The notes beneath the pieces are model-generated. The model was given only the letters and a program-made list of their open reading frames with translations, ran no database searches and was not told the origin of the DNA. The position numbers and the translations under genes were made by a program. Shown here in pieces: positions 9,974 to 19,384 of a stretch of 64,000 bases of DNA. This stretch comes from an uncultured archaeon (GTDB taxonomy: Archaea; Thermoproteota; Bathyarchaeia; Bathyarchaeales; Bathycorpusculaceae): NCBI GenBank assembly GCA_963782915.1, contig CAWALK010000011.1:32001-96000 (forward strand), in the 5' to 3' direction. Within the stretch, counting starts at the first letter, position 1. Every line of letters starts with the position of its first letter.

Positions 9974-10508
9974 ACTTTGATCTTCCCTCCATAACTGGAT
10001 TTTTGCCTGCTAAAAGCTCGGTTAATACGTAGTTGATTAGGTCGGCGTTTGGTGGACAACCTGGGATATAATGGTCGACTTTAACGACTTCGTGGAGTGG
10101 CCTCGCGTGGATGAGTAATTTGGGCACCTGATTGGGGATTTGGGCGTTCAAGTTTGATGGGTCAGCGTATGCCCGCCCAAGGACTGCTTGGTCGCTGTGT
10201 TCCCAGCCATTGCGGAGTGCGGTAACGTTGCCTGTGACTGCGCAGTCTCCCAATGAAACCAAAATTTTGGTTCTGCCGCGGACTTTTTTGAGCATGGCTT
10301 TTTGGTCCTCATTCGCCACTGCGCCCTCGATTAAGGTTACATCGACGTTTTCGGGGAACTCTTTGATGTCAGCAATAGGGCTATGGACCAGCGTAATCTT
10401 TTTGGCAAGCTCAATTAAGCGTTCGTCTTGGTCGAGAAAGGACATGTGGCAGCCGCTGCAGCCGCTAAGCCAAACCGTAGCAACCCGCACTTTAGCGTCT
10501 ACGCTCAT
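9966..10508 (-). CDS. hoxY: [NiFe] hydrogenase small subunit
   Basis: WLSGCSGCHMS, GDCAVTG, PGCPP; ATG 10508 overlaps the hoxU stop (ATGA). Confidence 0.93.
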   Translation of the reverse strand: MSVDAKVRVATVWLSGCSGCHMSFLDQDERLIELAKKITLVHSPIADIKEFPENVDVTLIEGAVANEDQKAMLKKVRGRTKILVSLGDCAVTGNVTALRNGWEHSDQAVLGRAYADPSNLNAQIPNQVPKLLIHARPLHEVVKVDHYIPGCPPNADLINYVLTELLAGKNPVMEGRSKYG

Positions 10509-11215
10509 CTTTGGCGGTTCCTCCGTTGCATTATGAATGCGGCGACGTCGCGGTCTTTGGTGTGCTCGATCATTTCGCCCTCGATGTAGATGGCTCCGAC
10601 TGGGCATACTTTGGCGCATTTCCTGCATGAAGTGCAACTGCAGGCTTTTGCCCATTTCTCGTCTTCGTCTAGGATGACTTGGGTGTATTTGCCTCGGAGT
10701 TTAAGGTCTAATGTGTGTACTCCTTCGATTTCGTCGCAGACCCGAATACAGCGGGTGCATAGGATGCATCTGTTGCGGTCAATTACCAAGAAATCATGCG
10801 TTGAGTCGATTTCGTCGCAGCTCCAGTTCCGTTCATACATAACGTGGTCTACGCCGTGTTTGTTTGCCATCGCCTGCAATTCACAGTGGTCGTTGGCTAC
10901 GCAGACAGAGCAGATATGTGTGCGTTCAGCAAGGAGCGTCTGCAAAACCATTTTGCGGTATTCAAAGAGCTTAGGCGATTGGGTGGTGATTTCCATGCCT
11001 GAAGCAGCGGGGGTGATGCATGCGGGAAACAGTTTGGTTGAACCACTGACTTCAACGAGGCACAGTCGGCAACCTCCATAGGGAGTTAAACCCTCCAAGT
11101 CGCAGAGCGTCGGAATTATGACACCGCTTGCCTCAGCCGCCTTAAGGATCGATGTGCCTTCCGCAACCTCAACGGCTACGCCATCGATTTTTAATGCGAT
11201 TTTATGTTGGCTTAT
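10505..11215 (-). CDS. hoxU: Diaphorase Fe-S subunit; probable ATA start at 11215
   Basis: IPTLC..GGCRLC, HICSVC, CILCTRC, CTSCRKC..CP; GGAGG lies 7 nt before an ATA that overlaps the hoxF TAA. Confidence 0.92.
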   Translation of the reverse strand: MSQHKIALKIDGVAVEVAEGTSILKAAEASGVIIPTLCDLEGLTPYGGCRLCLVEVSGSTKLFPACITPAASGMEITTQSPKLFEYRKMVLQTLLAERTHICSVCVANDHCELQAMANKHGVDHVMYERNWSCDEIDSTHDFLVIDRNRCILCTRCIRVCDEIEGVHTLDLKLRGKYTQVILDEDEKWAKACSCTSCRKCAKVCPVGAIYIEGEMIEHTKDRDVAAFIMQRRNRQR

Positions 11216-12849
11216 TTGATTTCCTCCTCGTCGCGGGTTTTGAAGCATTTGCCGGATTCACATTTCTTTTCCATAATGTGGCTGACGTACTCGTTTTTGA
11301 AGTAACGAAGAGTAGTAATGACTGGGTTTGGTGCAGTTTGTCCTAAACCGCAGAGGCTGGCATCCCGAATGAAGACGCTGGCTTTCTCCAAAGTGCCGAT
11401 GTCGCTCATTTCGCCCTGCCCATGCGTAATCCTGTTAAAAACCTCAAGCATCCTTGGCAACCCCGCTCTGCAAGGTGTACATCTGCCACAGGATTCATCA
11501 ACACAAAACTCCGTGAAGTACCGAGCCGTATCCACCATGCAATCATCCTCATCCAAGACAACTATACCGCCAGAACCCATGATTGCTCCAACCTTAACCA
11601 GCGAGTCATAGTCTATGACGACATCAAGCAATTCCTCGGGTAAGCAGCCGCCTGAAGGGCCTCCGATTAGGACAGCTTTAAATTTTTTATCATCCGCCAC
11701 TCCGCCGCCAATGTCAAAAACAACTTCCCGCAACGTCATACCCATCGGGACTTCGATTACACCAGGGTTTTTTATTTTTCCCGTTAATGAGAAGCATTTG
11801 GTGCCTGTGCATTTGGGGGTGCCTGTTTTGGCGAACCATGCCGCGCTGTTCTGGATGATGAGTGGGATGTTGGCGAGGGTTTCCACGTTTTGGATAAGTG
11901 TGGGCTTCTGCCATAAGCCGGAGTTAGCGGGGTAGGGTGGTCTTGGCCGGGGCATGGCTCTGCATCCTTCCACTGACGCCAAAATTGCGGTTTCCTCTCC
12001 TGCCACGAATGCGCCTGCGCCGAAACGTAATTCAACGTCAAATTTGAAGGGTGTTTCGAAAATGTTGTTTCCGAGTATAGTCATGGTTTTGGCTTGGGCG
12101 ATGGCTTTCTGGAGGGTTTGGATTGCGAGGGGGTATTCGCTTCGGATGTAGATGTAGCCTTTTTCTGCGCCGATTGCGTAGGCGGCGATGAGCATGCCTT
12201 CGAGGATGGCGTGTGGGTCGGCTTCGGCTAGTGAGCGGTTGGCGTATACTCCGGGGTCGCCTTCGTCGAGGTTGGCGACGATGTATTTGGGGGTGTTGTT
12301 GGCTCTGGCTACTAGGCGCCATTTTTGTCCTGTTGAAAAACCTGCGCCGCCTCTGCCGCGCAATCCACTGGCGATGACTTCGTTTATGACTCCCTGCGGC
12401 GCCATATTGGTTAAGCATTTGACGAGTGCACCATAGCCGCCTTGGGCGATGTAGTCTTGGATGCGGCTGGGATCGATTTTTCCTGCATTTCGCAGAACAA
12501 GTCGGTGTTGTTTTTTGAAGAAGGCACCGCTTTCATAGAGCATGCCTTCAACAGGTAAATCAAGTGTGATATGGTCGCGTACGATTTCGCGGACTTTTTC
12601 TGGGGTAACGTTTTGGTAGACGTAGTCGCCCGGTTCAATGAGGACTGAGGGACCCACGGAGCATGAACCCATGCAGCCTGTGCGCGCGACTTTGCATTCT
12701 TTTTCGACCCCGAATTCCTTAACGGCATCCTCAAACGCTTTTAAAACTTTAAAGGCGCCCATTGAGGCGCAGCTGGTTGAGCAGCAAACGTTGATGCGGT
12801 ACTTGTAAGCTTGCTCGAATTCGAGTTCGTGCTCAACGATTTTGTGCAA
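11212..12849 (-). CDS. hoxF: Diaphorase NAD/FMN-binding subunit (NuoF-like) with N-terminal thioredoxin-like 2Fe-2S domain
   Basis: LRGRGGAGF, NxDEGDPG, GAGAFVAGEETA, ESCGRCTPCR, SLCGLG. Confidence 0.95.
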   Translation of the reverse strand: MHKIVEHELEFEQAYKYRINVCCSTSCASMGAFKVLKAFEDAVKEFGVEKECKVARTGCMGSCSVGPSVLIEPGDYVYQNVTPEKVREIVRDHITLDLPVEGMLYESGAFFKKQHRLVLRNAGKIDPSRIQDYIAQGGYGALVKCLTNMAPQGVINEVIASGLRGRGGAGFSTGQKWRLVARANNTPKYIVANLDEGDPGVYANRSLAEADPHAILEGMLIAAYAIGAEKGYIYIRSEYPLAIQTLQKAIAQAKTMTILGNNIFETPFKFDVELRFGAGAFVAGEETAILASVEGCRAMPRPRPPYPANSGLWQKPTLIQNVETLANIPLIIQNSAAWFAKTGTPKCTGTKCFSLTGKIKNPGVIEVPMGMTLREVVFDIGGGVADDKKFKAVLIGGPSGGCLPEELLDVVIDYDSLVKVGAIMGSGGIVVLDEDDCMVDTARYFTEFCVDESCGRCTPCRAGLPRMLEVFNRITHGQGEMSDIGTLEKASVFIRDASLCGLGQTAPNPVITTLRYFKNEYVSHIMEKKCESGKCFKTRDEEEIK

Positions 12850-12850
12850 C

Positions 12851-13342
12851 TCAGTGAGTTTCAGCCGGTGAGCCTCCGAGTTTTTGTTTGATTTTTTGGA
12901 TTACAGCTTCTTTTGTGGCTTTTCCGATTACTTCGTCGTCGACGACTATGTTGGGGGCCATTGCGCAGGCGCCGATACATCTTGTTAGGAGCAATGAGAG
13001 TTTGCCGTCGGCGGTTGAGCCTCCGCGTTTAAGTTGGAACTCCTGCTCGATGGCTTCCATGATTGGTTCGACGCCTTTGACATAGCAGGCGGTGCCTAAG
13101 CAGCCTGTGACTACGTGTTCGCCTGGTTTGCGGAGTTTAAAGTAACTGTAAAAAGTGACGACGCCATAAACGTGGCTTGGCGGAAGATTCAATGACTCTG
13201 AGAGGTCCAACAGTAAATCCTTGTCGAGGTACCCATAGATTTCTTGTGCCCGATGCAAAATCTCCAGCAAAGCACTACCCTGATAGTTATGCTCTTTTAG
13301 CACCTTCTCAAGCGTTAAGCGTCGTTTGTCGTCTGTCATCAA
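12851..13342 (-). CDS. hoxE: 2Fe-2S subunit (NuoE-like)
   Basis: YGVVTFY, CLGTACYVKG, RCIGACAMAP. Confidence 0.93.
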   Translation of the reverse strand: MMTDDKRRLTLEKVLKEHNYQGSALLEILHRAQEIYGYLDKDLLLDLSESLNLPPSHVYGVVTFYSYFKLRKPGEHVVTGCLGTACYVKGVEPIMEAIEQEFQLKRGGSTADGKLSLLLTRCIGACAMAPNIVVDDEVIGKATKEAVIQKIKQKLGGSPAETH

Positions 13343-13542
13343 AAATGGTTTTCCTCCGTCAGGTTTGGCTGACTCAGGATAGGTTTACAGAAGTTCGGTG
13401 TATAAAAGTGTAGAGGGAACCGCAAAAGTGGCTGTTTTGGCTGGCAACAGGTGGCGTTTGTGGGGGCATGTTTTTGGTGTTGGTTTGTGTGTTGGGTTGC
13501 CTGCGGGTTGATGGTTGTTTAGCGAGCAGGTCAAGAGAAAGC

Positions 13543-13602
13543 GGAGGTCTTTTGCTTTGCCGACCCTACCCCCCTCTATTTATAGGCTCAATAAATGCAG
13601 GC
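13543..13602 (+). repeat. Dispersed intergenic repeat, copy A
   Basis: TTTGCTTTGCCGACCCTACCCCCCTCTATTTATAG...AAATGCAGGC. Confidence 0.7.
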
Positions 13603-13720
13603 AAAATGGGGCGGTTATGGGCGTTTGTTGGTTTTTGGTGTTGGGTTTATGCGTTTGCAGGCTTGGTTGCTATAATTGATAGGCATTTGTGCCAGAGAGC
13701 AAACGTTCAGAGGTTAAAGC

Positions 13721-13765
13721 GGGGCTTTGTTGCTCTGCCAGCTACCCCCCTCCCCTTATATATAG
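13721..13765 (+). repeat. Dispersed intergenic repeat, copy B
   Basis: GGGGCTTTGTTGCTCTGCCAGCTACCCCCCTCCCCTTATATATAG, near-identical to 35461-35504. Confidence 0.85.
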
Positions 13766-13940
13766 ACTGAATTAGTGAATAACTTTGCAATCAGTGACAG
13801 CAGTGAACAGCACAATACAATCGGGCACTAGCATAGCCCATTCAGGTGATAACCGCCCGCAAACCCATCAGCCAACCGCACCTATAAGCAATTTTACGGT
13901 TAAAAAAGCAGGATAAAATAGTGCTTACTAAAACAGCCGA

Positions 13941-14943
13941 TTACGGTTCAGGGGCATCTGGGTTTTTGGCCTGCAGAATCGGCTCGAAAGCAACCGTGCC
14001 TAAACCGGAGTCAATATGTGAATCAACAATAGACCCTCTGATAGCATCAGATGTCGGTTGTTCCCCACCAGTTATTGGGCACAGTCATGTTTGTGGACCA
14101 GTGACTTCTATACACAGCTAAGGACTGGTTAGTATTGCCGTAAATATTGTTGTTTGAGAACACAGACTGATCTGAGTATCCCGACACCGAAATACCGATC
14201 CAATTCTGAGTTACCGTATTATCCTTAAAGACCACTTTTAGGGGTGCACCCAAAGCAACACCCTCATAATTACCTGAAATCAGGTTATGTTGAATTGTAG
14301 CAGTACCTGTAAAATTATCCATCACAAAACTGAGTGCAATTCCAAACATGCCCTTCTGGATGACGTTACCGGTAATGACTGCATTGCTGCTACTCCAGAA
14401 AAGAATGTCACTGTCGCCTGCAAGACCATTACGATAAGAACGCAGGCTCCCAGTAATCAAGTTATCAGTGACTATGGGAGCGCCGCCATCAATCACTAGC
14501 ACCCGGTTGTAAGAATTAGAAGCATTTAGCAAACTGTTTGTAAACTTGGGCGACGACCCATTGCATACGATGTAGCAGTTAGAGTTGCAGTTGTCCATGA
14601 TGCAACCAGAGTTTGCCCACTCAGTCCACGGCGCACTAGAAGAAGTGAAAACTATTTTCCCACCCAAGCTTCCATTAAACAGGATTTTCTGGTCTGCGCT
14701 CCCTCGGGCAACTAAAACGCCGTCAATTTGTAAAACGGAATTGTTAAAGTTAACAACTGTTCCTGGCTCAATAGTAAGCCGAACGCCGCTGCCCACAGTA
14801 AAGTTACCCGGGTTGACTGTGCCGCTCCAAGTGACATCAGAATAACTCCTAAACGGACTAGCGGGATAAAGAGCAAAGAAGCCTACAAGAACAACAGCGG
14901 CAACTAAAACACCGATAAGAGAGAATAGGAGCATACGTTTCAT
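13941..14943 (-). CDS. Membrane-anchored parallel beta-helix protein (frameshift near the 3' end)
   Basis: N-terminal TM, LTIEPGTVV motif, NNWWGTTD; C-terminus continues in another frame to TAA at 13941. Confidence 0.8.
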
Positions 14944-15102
14944 AGCATAATCAACAAAGCGCAAGTAAACTTATCTTTTATTATGGTTTACGCTTTTTCT
15001 GCAAACGTTAAATTCTGATTGACCTTAATTCTTTGAAGGAGGCCACTGGGATTTGCTTCAGCAGCCTAGACACCGAAATAACTGAGGTCTCTTAGTGTGC
15101 CG

Positions 15103-16083
15103 CTATCGATTGTTGTGTGGTGGTCCCAGGAAGGGAAACTCCTGCAGCAGGTCAGTGTGGGGTCCACATTTGTCCCAGGTAAGTCTGCCGTTGAATACGG
15201 TCAGGAATACGTCTTTTGAGTCATCCGTGGGTGTACGCCCGTTCCCGGGATATGCAGCGAGCTGCTTGGGGTCATAGGGCAATACATCTGGCAACAAGCT
15301 CCTAGCCGCCGCCTCCGCCCCAGCCGAGGTGTAACCGCCGGACTGCTCGAGGGCATGTGCGAACATAGCTACGAACCGCTCGTCCTGCGCCGGTTCACCG
15401 TCAAGGTAGGCTTCTCTTTGGTCACTCGCCAGAAATGGGGTTTGGGTAGGTCTTGCTCCGCGGTCGGCTTGCACCCAGCCGCCGTCAACCAGCACGAGAG
15501 ATCGATGCCACAGGTTCAGGCGCACTCCGCCGCCAATATCGCTAACAGGCAACTCCAAGGCTACACTACAAACATCCTTGTCAGCGAAAAAGTCGGTTCC
15601 CGTGAACTGCATTTTGTTCTGAAGGCCAGTCAAATCGAAGAAGAACGGGTCGCTACGCCAGCCACTAAACAAGCGATAGGCACCGGACTCTGCCACTTTT
15701 GCCTCGCGGCCCATCGAGACGGGCGCTCCTTGGAAGATGACTTTTCCTTCCTCGCCCCTGCCGGCGGCTTCCGATCCTTCTGCCCGACGTATAGTCGCCG
15801 ACATTGCGGCGCCGTTGTCGTTCTTTGTGAAGCGTACCCGATAAGCGATGTCCGCAACCATGTCCCCGTTCGTATCTATCCTTAACTCATAGAGGGCTTC
15901 CGGTGCGAAGGGTTCATTGGTTGTCGGTCCCGGGGGATTTATTCCAACTGAAGGATGCATGTTCATAATTACGATTGATTTGCTGGGGTCGCCGGGTTTG
16001 GGGAACGCGAAGAGGTCCGTGATGTCCAATCGGGGGTCTCCGCGTGGAAAACCGAAGTTTGGGCCTGAATAATGGTGTGTCAT
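15103..16083 (-). CDS. DUF4331-family protein
   Basis: MTHH..P..DPRLDITDLFAF, RSDPFFFDL, NGRTPTDD and FPFLGPP motifs; GGAGG SD. Confidence 0.85.
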   Translation of the reverse strand: MTHHYSGPNFGFPRGDPRLDITDLFAFPKPGDPSKSIVIMNMHPSVGINPPGPTTNEPFAPEALYELRIDTNGDMVADIAYRVRFTKNDNGAAMSATIRRAEGSEAAGRGEEGKVIFQGAPVSMGREAKVAESGAYRLFSGWRSDPFFFDLTGLQNKMQFTGTDFFADKDVCSVALELPVSDIGGGVRLNLWHRSLVLVDGGWVQADRGARPTQTPFLASDQREAYLDGEPAQDERFVAMFAHALEQSGGYTSAGAEAAARSLLPDVLPYDPKQLAAYPGNGRTPTDDSKDVFLTVFNGRLTWDKCGPHTDLLQEFPFLGPPHNNR

Positions 16084-16374
16084 GGGAAACAACCTCCTTC
16101 TGCGTTCAACATGACTTTTGCGAATATTTTCGTGGAAAAATAAATGGAAAACTGCTTTCCATAACCATACAAAAAAATCACCATTAAAGATGATTTCTTA
16201 GCGGCATAAATGGTTTATCACAGATTACCGCTGGAAGAAGTCAAGAGCAAAGAAAGAAAATTTTATGCAGAGGATGACTCGCGGGTTTTGCTGACGAGCG
16301 TTGTGTTTTTTAATTGTATATTCAAAAAGTTAATAACAAAAAAAGAAAAAGATTGGTTGGTTTTTATTTGTTGT

Positions 16375-19161
16375 CTATTTTTTTCTTATGACTAATAGAC
16401 CGACGAGTGCGATTGCAATGATTATTGCGATGCCCATGCCTACGATGGTGTATGTGTTGTCGACTGGTGCTGCGGTTGTTGGAGGTGTTGTTGTTGCTTG
16501 TGCTGCTTGAATGCCGAATGCTGTTTCTGCTGCTGATGGACCGTATGATTGTGTTCCTGCGAAGGTTGCCTTGATTGTGTATTCGCCTGCGATTTCTGGT
16601 GTCCAGAGTTTTTTGAATACGCCGCTTTGGTCGCTTGTGACTGTTCCAATGTTGATTACGTTTCCGTTGGGGTCGACTGCTTGTAATGTGACTGGGACGC
16701 CTGTTGCGTTTGTGGGTTCAGTTATGGTTTTTGTAACCATGAAGTCCATCCATCGTCCTTGGTCTGCGTCTGAAATCGCTGGTGTGCCTTTTAGGTCTTT
16801 GTTTGGTGACTGGTCTGTGACTGTACCGGTGATCATTACGCTGGTGCCTTGTGTAGTTACTGAGGATGAGGTTGTTACTGTTGTTTCGCTTGGTCCGGGG
16901 CCGTTGATGTAGACTCTTTGGTCGTTCATGTTGAACCATGTGTAGTAGCCGTCTGCTACTGCCTGTTCTTGCCATGAGCTTAAGCCATACATTTCCCAGA
17001 GTAGTTCGCCAGTGGTTGCGTTAACGCATCGTGTCTTTGCACCGTGGTATGCTGGGGCGTTGAGTGAGTGTTCTTCTTCTACTAGGTAGACTTTTCCGTC
17101 GGCGATTGCAGCTACTTGAGTTGGGTATGTTCCATACGCTGTTTCTGTGGTTGCGGTACTGTTTCGGGGGTTGCTTGGGTCGTTGCCGTAAGTGAAGTCA
17201 ATGTTTCCTGTCTTCATGTTGTAAGCTCTAAGCACTCCTCCGTAGCCTGCTACGTAGAGGTGGCCATAGCCTACTCCGACTGGATTAGTTAGACCTGTGG
17301 TGCCTGTGTAGTAGTTCCATGCGGGTGTTTCCATCGCGGATGGACCCCATACTACGTTTCCTGTGAGCATGTCGATGCCTGTCCATTGCATAGTTTCTCG
17401 GTAGTAGATTGTTGCTGTGTTAGTTTCTCCGTCAGCTGGGCCGACACATGCGGTGATGTTGCCTTGTGGTGCTGGATAGCTCTTTTGCCACATTACTTGG
17501 CCGATTGTTCCGCGTGTTGAATTGATGTTGATTGCCCAAAGAGTGTATGGATCGGGTGTTCCCCATGTGCCTGAACTTGTTCCTGGTGTCTGTTGAAGTC
17601 CTGAGCTTTGGCCGAAGATTAAGTCGCCTGGGAAGACTCTGAGAATCGTTGGGTTGTTGGTGAAAAGACCTGTTGTTGCGTTATAGGATGCAGATCCACC
17701 GAAGCCTCCTGCAGCTCCGATTGTTGAGAGTGTTGGACTTAGGGATTGTGACAGTGTTACGTTCCAGTCGTATGCTGAGCTCATGTTGTAGTTAGTGATG
17801 CCGGGTATCCATTGAGAGATTCCTCCAGCCGCGTCGTTTCCTGGTAGTTTAGTGTTGTTCCATTGCCATAAGTATGTGAACGGTGATGTGGGGGTTGGTC
17901 TGCCGATGCCGTATATGAGCCATTCTCCTTGTGGTCCGTAGGCGCGTGTTCCTGTTGGAACGTTTGTTTCGTTGAATAGCAATTTACCGGTTTGTGGGTC
18001 AACTGCAATCAAACTGCCTGGGGCGTTTACTGCTTGAGTGCGGGCGCTGATAGCGGAGATTGAACCAAGGTTATATTCCGGTCCATAGCTGGCATTTAAG
18101 AAGGCTCCCGTGGCACCTATGTATTTGTTTATTGCAGCCTGGTCAGGGTTAGTGATTCCTGTTCCGATGGCTGTTCCACTGTACCATAAGTAGCTGCCTG
18201 TGGTTCCGTGTTGGTTAGGTGATTCATAGTCGTATAGTTGACCGAAAGATACTGAGTTGATATCTGTGTTAGTCCATAGTGTTTCGCCGGTTCGTAAGTC
18301 TACGGCGGTGACTCCGTTGCCTTGAATTGCGTTGTTTTGTGGGATGCTGTAGTATAGGATTCCGTACATTATGATTGGGTTGGTGAATTTGAGTTGGTAT
18401 TGACTGCCAGAGTAGAAACTCATTGACTCGCTGATAGCGTGGTCTCCACCGACTATTCCTCCCCAAGTGAGTGGAATCGTGTTGATGACGTGAGCAGTGT
18501 TAGGGGCTCGACCGTATGGGTTGTACTTCATGTAGGTTGCGCCGTATTCATTTTGGCCTAGCCAGTGTCCACCGATGACTGACCAGAATTGGTTGTTTTC
18601 GTTAATGGGGCGTTCCCAGTAGCTGGTTGGTAATGGTGCTTCTTGGAAGTAGGATGTTGGGGTATCGTTGACGGTGAATGATATGGTTGTATTGCTTGGT
18701 AGGAAGTAGTCGCCTACGTAGACGTTGTCTGGGCCAACCAAACCTGTAGGGCCGGTTCTGCTCAGATTTTGTCCTGGGAAATTAAAGAATGCGCTGTAGT
18801 TTCCTAATTCGGTTGGGGTGTATTGCAGATAACTTGAGCCAGTTGCGTCGGAATTGATTGGGCCGAAGTGGTCAACTTTTCCGGATGGCGTAGTGACATC
18901 AACTGTCATGCCTCTCCATCTGTCGCCAGTCGTGCCGGCGGCTGTTGGTGGCGGAACGTTAAGCCAGAAGACAATGAGCAATGGTTGCGCTGAGCCAAGT
19001 CCATAAGGATTAGGCGAGACGGCAAGGTAAGCAAAAGTTGGGACATTCCATCCCGGTGTATGAGCCGAAGTATTCGGTGAAAGTATTAGCGGTGTAGTGA
19101 TGGTCAATAGGGCAAATAAAACAAATATGCCCATTACTGTTTTTTTTCTAGATATTTGCAT
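16375..19161 (-). CDS. PQQ-like beta-propeller surface protein with Ig-like domains and C-terminal TM anchor
   Basis: Signal peptide; YWERPI; AVDLRTGETLW repeats; VDPNGN..IGT..WTP Ig domain; TM followed by RKK. Confidence 0.9.
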   Translation of the reverse strand: MQISRKKTVMGIFVLFALLTITTPLILSPNTSAHTPGWNVPTFAYLAVSPNPYGLGSAQPLLIVFWLNVPPPTAAGTTGDRWRGMTVDVTTPSGKVDHFGPINSDATGSSYLQYTPTELGNYSAFFNFPGQNLSRTGPTGLVGPDNVYVGDYFLPSNTTISFTVNDTPTSYFQEAPLPTSYWERPINENNQFWSVIGGHWLGQNEYGATYMKYNPYGRAPNTAHVINTIPLTWGGIVGGDHAISESMSFYSGSQYQLKFTNPIIMYGILYYSIPQNNAIQGNGVTAVDLRTGETLWTNTDINSVSFGQLYDYESPNQHGTTGSYLWYSGTAIGTGITNPDQAAINKYIGATGAFLNASYGPEYNLGSISAISARTQAVNAPGSLIAVDPQTGKLLFNETNVPTGTRAYGPQGEWLIYGIGRPTPTSPFTYLWQWNNTKLPGNDAAGGISQWIPGITNYNMSSAYDWNVTLSQSLSPTLSTIGAAGGFGGSASYNATTGLFTNNPTILRVFPGDLIFGQSSGLQQTPGTSSGTWGTPDPYTLWAININSTRGTIGQVMWQKSYPAPQGNITACVGPADGETNTATIYYRETMQWTGIDMLTGNVVWGPSAMETPAWNYYTGTTGLTNPVGVGYGHLYVAGYGGVLRAYNMKTGNIDFTYGNDPSNPRNSTATTETAYGTYPTQVAAIADGKVYLVEEEHSLNAPAYHGAKTRCVNATTGELLWEMYGLSSWQEQAVADGYYTWFNMNDQRVYINGPGPSETTVTTSSSVTTQGTSVMITGTVTDQSPNKDLKGTPAISDADQGRWMDFMVTKTITEPTNATGVPVTLQAVDPNGNVINIGTVTSDQSGVFKKLWTPEIAGEYTIKATFAGTQSYGPSAAETAFGIQAAQATTTPPTTAAPVDNTYTIVGMGIAIIIAIALVGLLVIRKK

Positions 19162-19217
19162 TTTCTTTTCTCCTAAGTTATGCCCATCCCGTATGAGAGG
19201 TTCCTTTTTTAAACCCT

Positions 19218-19240
19218 TGTCACAACACCGTGTTATGACA
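19218..19240. promoter_or_regulatory. 11-1-11 palindrome, putative operator next to the TATA box of the PQQ-like gene
   Basis: TGTCACAACAC-C-GTGTTATGACA (1 mismatch); TTTAAAAA box on the minus strand at 19206-19213. Confidence 0.6.
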
Positions 19241-19384
19241 TTGGTGTAACCTACCGTGGAACTGTGCGATAAACAGACAAGTAAGTCATTAAAAGAAAGC
19301 CAGTCGCGAAGGAGAGTTTGCCTCGTTCCGCCTAGGGATTAACAATGCAAAAAATATCAGGTTATCAATAAAGAGAAAAGAAGG

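Noticed and set aside
10132-12734. Many antisense and alternate-frame ORFs over the hox genes and other long genes
   Set aside because: Shadow ORFs of well-supported genes
13741-13760. GGGGAGGG in the dispersed repeat matches the bacterial KOPS motif GGGNAGGG
   Set aside because: Copies occur in both orientations within 64 kb, conservation extends far beyond the octamer, and FtsK/KOPS is not established for this lineage
13468-13770. 100-aa ORF over the repeat region, and similar ORFs at 62382-62600 and 35955-36248
   Set aside because: Low-complexity translations of non-coding or repeat DNA with no SD or recognisable motif
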